Source of the DNA: Candidatus Latescibacterota bacterium
GTDB taxonomy: Bacteria > Latescibacterota > UBA2968 > UBA8231
Direction of reading: 5' to 3'
DNA: 64,000 bases
Assembly (NCBI GenBank): GCA_965221775.1
Contig: CBDCSU010000006.1
Coordinates: forward strand, 1,664,001 to 1,728,000
The position numbers and the translations under genes are program-made. Shown here in pieces: positions 30,568-38,785 of the stretch (its first letter is position 1; each line of letters begins with the position of its first letter). The notes under the pieces are model-generated. The model saw only the letters and a list, made by a program, of their open reading frames with translations, had not been told where the DNA came from and did not search any database.

Positions 30568-32664
30568 ATGGTCCGCTGGCCGCGACATCTGACCAACTCC
30601 CTCGACGACGCCTCCCGCCGGGAGGTGGCGCGCCTGGTGCAGGCCGAACGCGGCGCGAAGCCCGCTCTCGAGCGCGCCGGCGCCGTGCTGGAGTTCCGCC
30701 GCGGGGGCCAGCTTCAGTGCGGGTATCTCGCCCGGGATCCGCAGAACCGCAGGGGCTACGACGTCGTCGGCGTCGACGGCCGGCGGCTCCACCTCCGCCG
30801 CGACAAGGTGGTGGACGTATCCCCCGAGTACGTGTCGATGCACACGCCCGAGACGGCGCTGTCCGACCTCCGCCGCATCGACCGGAGGCGCGAGGAGGCC
30901 CGCGGCGCCGTCGACCTCACCGCCCTCTGGCAGGTCGCTCTCGAAGCGGGCCCGGAGGGCGGCGAGTGGCGCCTCGACGATCTGGTCGAGCTCCACGACC
31001 CCCGCGATCCGACCGCCAGCCGCCGGGCCGGCTTGCTCCGGGCCCTGTGGCGCGGCCACCGGTTCGAGCGCCACGGCGCCCGCTGGCGCCCCCGCCCCCC
31101 GGCGGCGGTGGAGAGGATCGAGGCGTCCTCCGCCCGCGAGGAGGTGGAGGAGGGCCGCCAGGCCGAGCTGGCCTCGTGGGTCCGAAGGGTCGCCGACGGG
31201 CATCCAGCCAACCCCCGTCCCGCCGGGGCGGACTCGGCGGTGAACCTGCTCGAGGCCACCGCCCTGGGCGAGGCGAGCGCGGAGGCCGCCCGTCTCATGA
31301 AGGCCGCCCACCTGCACGGGAGCGCCGCCGCCTTCGACGTCCTCGTCCGTCTGGGTCACTGGTCCGCCGACGAGAACCTGGAGCTGCACCGCCTCGGCCT
31401 TCCCGTGGACTTCTCCGAGGCGGCGGTGAAGGCGGCGCACGGCCTCGATCCCTCGCCCGTCCTCGCGGGGTGGGCAGGCCGCCGCCGCTGGGGCGCCGGC
31501 CTCTGCGTCACCCGTTGCGGCCAGCGGGCCTACCGTCTCCGCCGGAGCCTGCTCGGCCACACCGTCGTCGACATCCACGTGGCCGTGCCGGCCCTGTGGG
31601 TGGAGGACGGCGGCGCCATCGATCAGGAAGCCGCCGCCCGGGGCCTCAGCGTGCGCCTGCTGGAGCGGGAGATCCCGATGCTGCCGCCGGAGCTGACCGA
31701 CGCCTGCCGGCTGACGGCGGACGAGGCCCGACCCGTCCTGATCCTGAGCGTGCGCCTGGACCGCGAGCTGGCGCCGCGGAAGGTGCGGCTGTCCCTGGGC
31801 CGCGCCCGGCCCCGTGCGGCCCTCGCGGCCGGGGAAGGCAGCGCCCCGGTGCGCCGCCTGGCGGCGCTGGCCGAGGGGCGGCGGCAGAGACGGCGGCGAG
31901 CGGGGGCTTGGCAGCAACTGCATCCCGCCCACCGGATCGCGGTCCTCCAGGGGCGGGCGGCGCCGGCGGCGGAGGGGGTGGAGGACCGCATCGACTCGGA
32001 GCTGCGCCTGCTGGCGGCCGAAGCGATCGCCCGCCTCTGCCGCGACGCGGCGCCCGCGATCCACGCGGCGCGCGAGGCCCCGCCCGCCGAGTCCGGGATC
32101 CCCGGCGCCGCCGACTCCACGTCGGCCGAGGTCCTCCGCACCCATCTGCTCGAGGGCGGTGCCCCCCGCGAGAGGTTCGGGACGCCGCCGGCCCCCCACG
32201 CGGGTCTCGGACTGCCGGGCTGCGCCCCGGGCGCCAGCCCCCTGTCGAGCTACGTCGACCTGGCCATGCAGCGGCAGTTGCTGTGGATCGCGGGCCGGCG
32301 CTCCGACCCCCTCACGGCGGAGGACCTCGAGCGCATCCTGCTGGAGACGCGCGAGGCCCGGGAGGCGGCGGAGCGCGTGCGCCGCGGCAGCCGCCGCTAC
32401 TGGACGCTCAAGTGGCTCGAGGGCTTCGGGGACGAGGCGCGGCTGGAGTGCGTGGTCGCCGAACCGCGCGGCCCCGGGCACCTGGTACTGCTGCCCGAGG
32501 GTCCGGTGGCGTGCCATGTCCCGGCCCCCCGGGGGCAGCGGCTGCAGGCGGCGCCGGGCCAGCGCCTGCGGGTGCGGGTGGAGCAGGCCTCCGCCCGGCG
32601 CGACCTGTTGCGGCTGGCCGACCCCGAGCCCGCCCGGAGAGCGGACCCGCTCCCACCGGCCTGA
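30568..32664 (+). CDS. RNB-domain (RNase II-like) protein, predicted catalytically inactive
   Basis: HVAVP...IDQEAAARGLSV.L.EREIPMLP, PHAGLGL...SPLSSYVDLAMQRQL, C-terminal S1-like region; acidic catalytic motif missing. Confidence 0.8.
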   Translation: MVRWPRHLTNSLDDASRREVARLVQAERGAKPALERAGAVLEFRRGGQLQCGYLARDPQNRRGYDVVGVDGRRLHLRRDKVVDVSPEYVSMHTPETALSDLRRIDRRREEARGAVDLTALWQVALEAGPEGGEWRLDDLVELHDPRDPTASRRAGLLRALWRGHRFERHGARWRPRPPAAVERIEASSAREEVEEGRQAELASWVRRVADGHPANPRPAGADSAVNLLEATALGEASAEAARLMKAAHLHGSAAAFDVLVRLGHWSADENLELHRLGLPVDFSEAAVKAAHGLDPSPVLAGWAGRRRWGAGLCVTRCGQRAYRLRRSLLGHTVVDIHVAVPALWVEDGGAIDQEAAARGLSVRLLEREIPMLPPELTDACRLTADEARPVLILSVRLDRELAPRKVRLSLGRARPRAALAAGEGSAPVRRLAALAEGRRQRRRRAGAWQQLHPAHRIAVLQGRAAPAAEGVEDRIDSELRLLAAEAIARLCRDAAPAIHAAREAPPAESGIPGAADSTSAEVLRTHLLEGGAPRERFGTPPAPHAGLGLPGCAPGASPLSSYVDLAMQRQLLWIAGRRSDPLTAEDLERILLETREAREAAERVRRGSRRYWTLKWLEGFGDEARLECVVAEPRGPGHLVLLPEGPVACHVPAPRGQRLQAAPGQRLRVRVEQASARRDLLRLADPEPARRADPLPPA

Positions 32665-32666
32665 GA

Positions 32667-34019
32667 ATGGTCCGAGCGGGCCTGTGCGCGGCCCTCGCGG
32701 GGGCCTGCTGGCTGCTGGCCGGGGCCGCCGCCGCGGGTGAGCCGGAGACCGAGGCAAGCCGATTCTGGCCCGCCTGGCGCGGCCCCCTGGGCACCGGCGC
32801 CTCTCCCCACGCTGAGCCCCCGCTCCAGTGGAGCCAGACCCGCAACCTGCGCTGGAAGGCGTCCCTGCCCGGCGGCGGCCACTCTACGCCGGTGGTCTGG
32901 GGCGACCGGGTCTTCATCACCGCCGCAGTCCCGTACGGCGAGCCCCTGCCGCCGACGTACAGCGGGCTGCCGGGCGGCCACGACGAACGGCCGGTCACCC
33001 ATCGCCACCGGTTCGTCGTCCTTGCCCTGAGCCGCACCACGGGGCGGGTCCTCTGGCAGCGGGTCGTGCGCCACGACCTGCCCCGCGCCGGGGGCCACTA
33101 CACCGCCAGCCTGGCCTCCGCCTCGGCGGTGACCGACGGCGAGCACCTGGTCGCCTCCTTCGGCTCCCACGGGATCTACGGCCTCGACCTCGAGGGGGAG
33201 CTGCTGTGGGAGTTGGACCTCGGCCCCATGGAGCCGCTTCACGGCCACGGCGAAGGCAGCTCGCCGGCGCTCGCCGGCGGGACGCTGATCGTCAACTGGG
33301 ACCACGAGGGCGAGTCCTTCCTCGCCGCCTTCGACAAGAGGACGGGCGGCCTGCGCTGGAAGGCTCCGCGCGAGCCGGCCTCGTCCTGGACCACCCCCAT
33401 CGTGACCGACGCCGGCGGCCGCATCCAGGTCGTGGTCAGCGGCTCCGGGGGAGTGCGCGGCTACGACCTGGCCGACGGCCGCAGGATCTGGGAGTGCCCC
33501 GGCCTCTCGGTGGAGAACGTGGTCTCCACGCCGGTGGCCGGCTTCGGCCTCGTCTTCGCGGGCAGCAGCTACGACCGGCAGGCGGTGCTGGCGATTCCGC
33601 TGCAAGCCGCCGCGGACGAGACCGGCGGGCCCCGCCGGGCCGCCTGGAGCCGCACCCGGGGGGCGCCGTACGTCCCCTCCTTCCTGCTCTACGGGGACGC
33701 CCTCTACTTTGTCCGCCACTTCCAGAACATCCTCACCCGCGTCGACGCCCGAACGGGGCGGGACCGGCCGGGGCCGATGCGCCTGAAGGGCCTCGACCGG
33801 GTCTTCGCCTCTCCCGTCGCCGCTGCCGGCCGCGTGTACGTCACCAGCCGCAACGGCGTCACCGTGGTGGTCAGCCACGCCGATTCGCCCGCCCTCCTGG
33901 CCGTCAACCATCTCGACGACAGCTTCAGCGCCTCGGCGGCACTGGCCGGCGGCGAGCTCTACCTGCGAGGACGACACCACCTCTACTGCATCGCGGAGCA
34001 TCCGCCCCCGGCCCGGTGA
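32667..34019 (+). CDS. Secreted PQQ-like beta-propeller protein (BamB-like repeats)
   Basis: Signal peptide, WPAWRGP, GHSTPVVWGDRVF, SWTTP, FSASAALAGGELYLRG. Confidence 0.88.
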   Translation: MVRAGLCAALAGACWLLAGAAAAGEPETEASRFWPAWRGPLGTGASPHAEPPLQWSQTRNLRWKASLPGGGHSTPVVWGDRVFITAAVPYGEPLPPTYSGLPGGHDERPVTHRHRFVVLALSRTTGRVLWQRVVRHDLPRAGGHYTASLASASAVTDGEHLVASFGSHGIYGLDLEGELLWELDLGPMEPLHGHGEGSSPALAGGTLIVNWDHEGESFLAAFDKRTGGLRWKAPREPASSWTTPIVTDAGGRIQVVVSGSGGVRGYDLADGRRIWECPGLSVENVVSTPVAGFGLVFAGSSYDRQAVLAIPLQAAADETGGPRRAAWSRTRGAPYVPSFLLYGDALYFVRHFQNILTRVDARTGRDRPGPMRLKGLDRVFASPVAAAGRVYVTSRNGVTVVVSHADSPALLAVNHLDDSFSASAALAGGELYLRGRHHLYCIAEHPPPAR

Positions 34020-34044
34020 ACCCGGCAGGCGCCGGCGGTGTCAA
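34017..34044 (+). promoter_or_regulatory. Putative ECF-type (autoregulatory) promoter
   Basis: TGAACC-N16-TGTCAA, ending 15 nt before the sigma ATG; GGAGG at 34051-55. Confidence 0.55.
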
Positions 34045-34059
34045 CCGGGTGGAGGCCGG

Positions 34060-34665
34060 ATGGGGAAGAGCGACGAGGAGCTGGTCCGCGGGGTGATCGA
34101 GGGGCGGCAGGAAGACTTCGCCGAGCTCTTCGAGCGCTACCGCGCCGATGTGCAGCGGCACCTGCGGCGGATCCATCGCCATGACGAGGACGCCGCCGAC
34201 GTCGGGCAGGAGGTGTTCCTGCGCCTGTGGCACCGCGCCGGACAGTGGAAGGGCGACGGCCCCCTGCTCGCCTGGCTGCTGCGCATCGCCACCAACCTCG
34301 CCCTCAACCACATCCGCTCGGTCCGGCGCCGCCGCGAGCAGCCGCTGCAGCCGCCCCCCGCCATGGACGGAGAGGAGGAGGACGACACCCGGGTTCCGGA
34401 GTGGATGATCGACGCCTCCACCCTTCCGCCCGACGAGGTCCTGGCCGTGGCCGAGCGCCGGCGGCTGCTGCGCGGCCTGGTGACGCGTCTGCCCGAGGAC
34501 GGGCGCAGGGTCATCCGGCTGATCTACGACGGCCACCTGAACACGCGCCAGGCCGCTACCGAGCTGGGCATACCCGAGGGCACGGTGAAGTCCCGGATCC
34601 ACCACGCCCGCAAACAGATCGCTCGATCCTGGCGCGACCTGGGGATCGACTGGGAGGAGGACTAG
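34060..34665 (+). CDS. ECF (sigma-70 family group 4) RNA polymerase sigma factor
   Basis: FAELFERY, DAADVGQEVFLRLW, WLLRIATNLALNHIR (region 2); ELGIPEGTVKSRIHHAR (region 4.2). Confidence 0.95.
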   Translation: MGKSDEELVRGVIEGRQEDFAELFERYRADVQRHLRRIHRHDEDAADVGQEVFLRLWHRAGQWKGDGPLLAWLLRIATNLALNHIRSVRRRREQPLQPPPAMDGEEEDDTRVPEWMIDASTLPPDEVLAVAERRRLLRGLVTRLPEDGRRVIRLIYDGHLNTRQAATELGIPEGTVKSRIHHARKQIARSWRDLGIDWEED

Positions 34666-34667
34666 GC

Positions 34668-37600
34668 ATGGCGACCGCACCGTCCAACCCGTGGCACAAG
34701 GCGTCCTTCGACGAATTCCTGCACCGCCGCCTTCCCGAGTTGCTGGCCGCACGGCTGGGGGTGACCACCTGCCGCGCCGCAGGGGCCGGCGGTCACGCCT
34801 GCCGGATCGTCCTCGGCGGGCGTTCCGCCGAGGGGGACTTCGAGGTCGAGTACGACGGGCTGCCCGCACCGGACGAGGAGGGCGTCTTCCGGTTGCCGGG
34901 TTCCCCGGACCCGGACGGCGGGCCCCGCCTGCCGCCCCCGAGGACGTACCACGGGGGGGAGCGCGAGCCCTCGGGCGAAGTCGAGCTGGTCGTGCTGCCC
35001 GTGGCCGACCGGGACGACCTGGCCGAGGCCCGAATCGACTGTCTCGGCGACCGGCTCTCGACCTTCATCGAGTCCCGCCTCGGGGAGGTCCCCGGCCACA
35101 CCCCCCTCGACGGGTCCCTCCTGCGGACCCTGGCGCCTCTGAAGGACTGGTTCCACTCCTTCCTGGCCTCCTGCGGCGAGCGGCTCGACGACACCAACTG
35201 GCTGTCCCGGTCCGCGCACCTGCGCCGGATCCTGGTCCCGGACCGCCAGGAGGTATTCACCCCCGGCCACTTCGGCCGCACCTGCCCCTTCGAGACCCCG
35301 GAGGGACCGAACATCGGCCGCGTCCTGACGATCTCCCGGGGCGCGGAGATCCGCGGCCGCCGGCTGGTGATCGTCGACGCGAAGCCCGCGGAGGGACTGG
35401 GCATGTCCAGCGCATGCATCCCCTTCCTCGAGCACGACGACGGCAACCGCGTGCTCATGGGCGCCAACATGATGCGCCAGTGGCTGGCGCCCGCCGAGAG
35501 AGAGCCGGCCTTCGTGCGGACCGGCCTCGAGCCGCGGGCGCCGGACTTCTGGTGCGGCCGGAACCTGCTCACGGCTCTGCTCTCGTGGGACGGGGACGCC
35601 TTCGAGGACGCCGTGCTGCTCAGCCGGTCCGGCGCCCGCAAGCTCGCCTGCCCGGAGCCCCTCGAGCCCGGCGACAAGCTCAGCAACCGCCACGGGATCA
35701 AGGGCGTCGTGTCCCGGGTGGCGCCCGACGAGGAGATGCCGCGGCTGCCCGACGGCACCCCCGTGGAGCTGGTCTTCAGCTTCTCCGGCATTCCGTCCCG
35801 CTGGGTCATGGGGCTGGTCCGGGAGGCCGCCCTCGGACACGCGGCTCACCTGCGGGGGGAGCCCGCCGTCGTGCCCCCCTTCAAGGCGCCTTCCGACGAG
35901 CAGTTGCGGAACCTGCTTCAGGGCAGCGGCCTGCGCGCCGACGGCATGACCACGCTGACCCTCGACGGCACTCCCCTGCGGCGGCCGGCCACGGCCGGAT
36001 CGGTCTACTGGGGCTGCACCGTGCATCGCGCTCGCCCGAAACTGAGGGCCGCCGTCCACCCCGACGACCGGGGCCAGCGCCTGGGGGAGATGGAGGTGCG
36101 GGCCCTGGCCGAGGCCGGGGCGCCCGCGGTGATCCGGGAGCTGACCAACACCTGCTCCAGCCAACGCGGCGACGCCGGTTCCCTGGCCGAGAGGGCCGCC
36201 GCCGGACCGGTCGAGCCGGCGAGCACCCCCTCTCCCGCCTTCTCGGCCCTGGCGGCGGGTCTGGCGCAGGCCGGAATCCGCGCCGAGGCCGGCCCCCGGG
36301 GGGTCGCCTTCCGGTTGGAACCACCCCGGGGGCCGACGCTGTCCCTGGCCGCCGGCGTGCCCCACCCCTGGTTGCCGGGGAAGACCCTGTCCGAGGTCTG
36401 CGCAGCCGAGGGGGCCGCCGGATATCCCGAGGTCCTCGCCGCCAACGGCAGGCTCGCCCGCCTGCCGAAGGACGGGGCTCCCGAGCCCCTGGCAGCCGCG
36501 GCTCTCGACGATCTGGCCGCCGCTGTCTCGGACCTGTACGACGGACTGGCCGCCGCGCCGCGGCTGGGGCGGGATGGGAATGTCCTCTTCAGCGGCCGTG
36601 CGGTGATCGTCCCCGGGGGCGATCTGCCGGCCGACCGGCTCGGCCTCCCGGCGGAGATGGCCTGGAGCCTCTTCGGGCCGCTGGTGGCCCGCGCGCTGGG
36701 GGATCCCGAAGCGGTGGGGCAGCGCTCCACCGAGGCCGAGGCCGCCCTCGCCGCCGCCATGGAGGCCCACTGGGTCATCCTCGGCCACGCTCCATCGGTC
36801 AGTCCCACGGCGATGCTGGCCTTCCGGCCCCTGCCGATCCCGGGCCACGCCATCCGTCTCTGCCCCCTGGCCTGCGGCCTGTTGGACGCCGATTTCGACG
36901 GCGACCAGGCGGCCGTCTTCCTGCCTCTCACGGAGGCGGCTCAGCGCGAGACCCGCGAGCGGCTGTCCATCGCCGGCCACCTGGCCCGTGACCCCGGCCT
37001 CGTGGAGGACCTCTTCCCGCGCATGGACGCCCTCTTCGGGCTGGCCTGCCTCAGCCGCTCGGCAGCGGGCCGGAAGGCGATTACGCAAGCCGCCGGCCGG
37101 GAGCCGAACCTCGAGGGCGGCCTCCTCACCCGCGAGGCGGCGGCGATGCTGCTGCGGGGTGTCCTGACCGACGAGGGGGAGCAGGCGGCCCTGGGCGTGG
37201 CCGCGGAACTGATGCGGTTGGGGTTCGAGACGGCCCGCGCGGAGGGAGGCTCCGTGGGGCCCTTCATCGGCAGCACCCTCGAACTGCCCGTCCCCCCGGG
37301 GGAGGACGACGCGCCGCAGTGGCAGGCCTGCACGGAGGAAGCCCGGGCGATCGTCGCCGGCTTCCGCGACTACGACGACCACGACCTGGGGGCCGCCGCC
37401 CTGCTGTGCCACAGCGGCGCCCGGGCCACGGTCCATCAGCTCACCACCCTGGTGGGGCCGGGCGGACTCGTTCGCGACGTCGAGGGCCGGGTCCTCGGAG
37501 TCGCCCGCTCCTGGCGGGAGGGACTGACCGCGCGGGAGGTGCTGGCCCGGGTCGTCGGCGCCCGCCGCGGCCTGTTCCGCGTCCTGACGGAGTTCGGATC

Positions 37601-37769
37601 CCTCGGCCGGGAGCGGTCCGGGTCCGGGCCGGAGGGGTTCGGCGTCCTGGCCCGGGCCCGCCGGGTCGAGCGCCCGGGCCTCGTCTTCGCGAGGGCTGCC
37701 CTCAGGGGCGAGGTCGATCCCCTGGAAGACGAGCAATCGCGGCTGCTGGTCGGACTGTCCAGGCCGTGA
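34668..37769 (+). CDS. Miniaturised single-chain RpoB-RpoC (beta-beta') RNA-polymerase-like protein, 1033 aa
   Basis: Collinear beta motifs (GRTCPFETPEGPNIG, IPFLEHDDGNRVLMGANM, FED, GDKLSNRHGIKG, PSR, GQRLGEMEV) followed by beta' motifs (FSGRAVI, GLPAEMA, ADFDGDQ, SGAR, REGL, GARRGL). Confidence 0.92.
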   Translation: MATAPSNPWHKASFDEFLHRRLPELLAARLGVTTCRAAGAGGHACRIVLGGRSAEGDFEVEYDGLPAPDEEGVFRLPGSPDPDGGPRLPPPRTYHGGEREPSGEVELVVLPVADRDDLAEARIDCLGDRLSTFIESRLGEVPGHTPLDGSLLRTLAPLKDWFHSFLASCGERLDDTNWLSRSAHLRRILVPDRQEVFTPGHFGRTCPFETPEGPNIGRVLTISRGAEIRGRRLVIVDAKPAEGLGMSSACIPFLEHDDGNRVLMGANMMRQWLAPAEREPAFVRTGLEPRAPDFWCGRNLLTALLSWDGDAFEDAVLLSRSGARKLACPEPLEPGDKLSNRHGIKGVVSRVAPDEEMPRLPDGTPVELVFSFSGIPSRWVMGLVREAALGHAAHLRGEPAVVPPFKAPSDEQLRNLLQGSGLRADGMTTLTLDGTPLRRPATAGSVYWGCTVHRARPKLRAAVHPDDRGQRLGEMEVRALAEAGAPAVIRELTNTCSSQRGDAGSLAERAAAGPVEPASTPSPAFSALAAGLAQAGIRAEAGPRGVAFRLEPPRGPTLSLAAGVPHPWLPGKTLSEVCAAEGAAGYPEVLAANGRLARLPKDGAPEPLAAAALDDLAAAVSDLYDGLAAAPRLGRDGNVLFSGRAVIVPGGDLPADRLGLPAEMAWSLFGPLVARALGDPEAVGQRSTEAEAALAAAMEAHWVILGHAPSVSPTAMLAFRPLPIPGHAIRLCPLACGLLDADFDGDQAAVFLPLTEAAQRETRERLSIAGHLARDPGLVEDLFPRMDALFGLACLSRSAAGRKAITQAAGREPNLEGGLLTREAAAMLLRGVLTDEGEQAALGVAAELMRLGFETARAEGGSVGPFIGSTLELPVPPGEDDAPQWQACTEEARAIVAGFRDYDDHDLGAAALLCHSGARATVHQLTTLVGPGGLVRDVEGRVLGVARSWREGLTAREVLARVVGARRGLFRVLTEFGSLGRERSGSGPEGFGVLARARRVERPGLVFARAALRGEVDPLEDEQSRLLVGLSRP

Positions 37770-37854
37770 CGGCCAGGCCGTGCGGCCTCACCCGCCGACC
37801 GCCTGGGCGTGCCCGCGGGAGTGGTGTCGAGTGTCGGCCCGGCGGCCGGCAGCG

Positions 37855-38784
37855 CTAGCCGTCCGGCCCGCGCAACTCGATGGCGTCCAGCAGTTGCTGA
37901 GGGTTGGCCAGGTCCACGGGCAGGAGCACGTCCGTCTTGCCGTCGGCCAGACCGCGCAACGTCTTGAGATAGCGCTCCGCCAGCTGCAGGTGCACCGACT
38001 GGGCGCCGCCGGCGACGCTGATCGAGGCGGCGATCTTCTCGATCGACTCGGCCGTCGCATGGGCGATGGCCCGGACCTCCTCGGCCTGACCCTGGGCCTC
38101 GTTGATGGTGCGCTGCATCTCGCCCTCCGAGCGGTTGATCAGCTCCAGGCGCCGGCCCTCCGAGGTGTTGATGCGGCTCTGCTTGTCGCCCTCGGACTGG
38201 GCCACGACGGCGCGGCGGTCGCGCTCGGCGGTGACCTGCTTCTCCATGGCGTCCTTCACCGTCGGCGGCGGCGACAGGTTCTTGATCTCGTAGCGGTGGA
38301 CGCGGATCCCCCAGGTCTCCCCCGACCTCTCCAGCACCTCCACCACTTTGGCCGAGATCAGGTCGCGCTCCTCGAAGGTCCGGTCGAGCTCGAGGGTGCC
38401 GATGACCGAACGGGTCGTGGTCTGCGCCAGTTGCATGGCGGCGAAGGAGTAGTTGGTCACCCCGTAACTGGCCTTCACCGGATCGGTGACCGAGATGTAG
38501 AGGACGCCGTCCACCTCGACCTGGACCTCGTCCCGGGTGAAGCACTCCTGGGGCGGCACGTCGACGGTCTCCTCCTTGAGATCGCGGATGAAGGCCACCT
38601 TCTCGATGAAGGGCACGAGGGCGTGGAAACCGGGGTTCAGAGTTCTGGAGTACTTGCCGAGCCGCTCGACGACGTACGCCGACTGGGTCGGCACCAGCCG
38701 GATCGAGCGCAGGAACTTGACGATCAGGACCAGGAACAGGACGGCCCAGACGATGAGGTTGAAGATCTCGAAGACGGTCGACAT
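37855..38784 (-). CDS. SPFH/stomatin (paraslipin-like) protein
   Basis: VVERLGKY, VEVDGVLY, AQTTTRSVIG, WGIRVHRYEI, MEKQVTAER. Confidence 0.93.
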   Translation of the reverse strand: MSTVFEIFNLIVWAVLFLVLIVKFLRSIRLVPTQSAYVVERLGKYSRTLNPGFHALVPFIEKVAFIRDLKEETVDVPPQECFTRDEVQVEVDGVLYISVTDPVKASYGVTNYSFAAMQLAQTTTRSVIGTLELDRTFEERDLISAKVVEVLERSGETWGIRVHRYEIKNLSPPPTVKDAMEKQVTAERDRRAVVAQSEGDKQSRINTSEGRRLELINRSEGEMQRTINEAQGQAEEVRAIAHATAESIEKIAASISVAGGAQSVHLQLAERYLKTLRGLADGKTDVLLPVDLANPQQLLDAIELRGPDG

Positions 38785-38785
38785 G

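Noticed and set aside
34668-37769. Annotating the ORF as the housekeeping rpoB or rpoC, or as a prophage RNA polymerase
   Set aside because: It is far too short, lacks the flap, zinc-binding domain and trigger loop, has no ribosomal-protein neighbours, and no phage genes flank it
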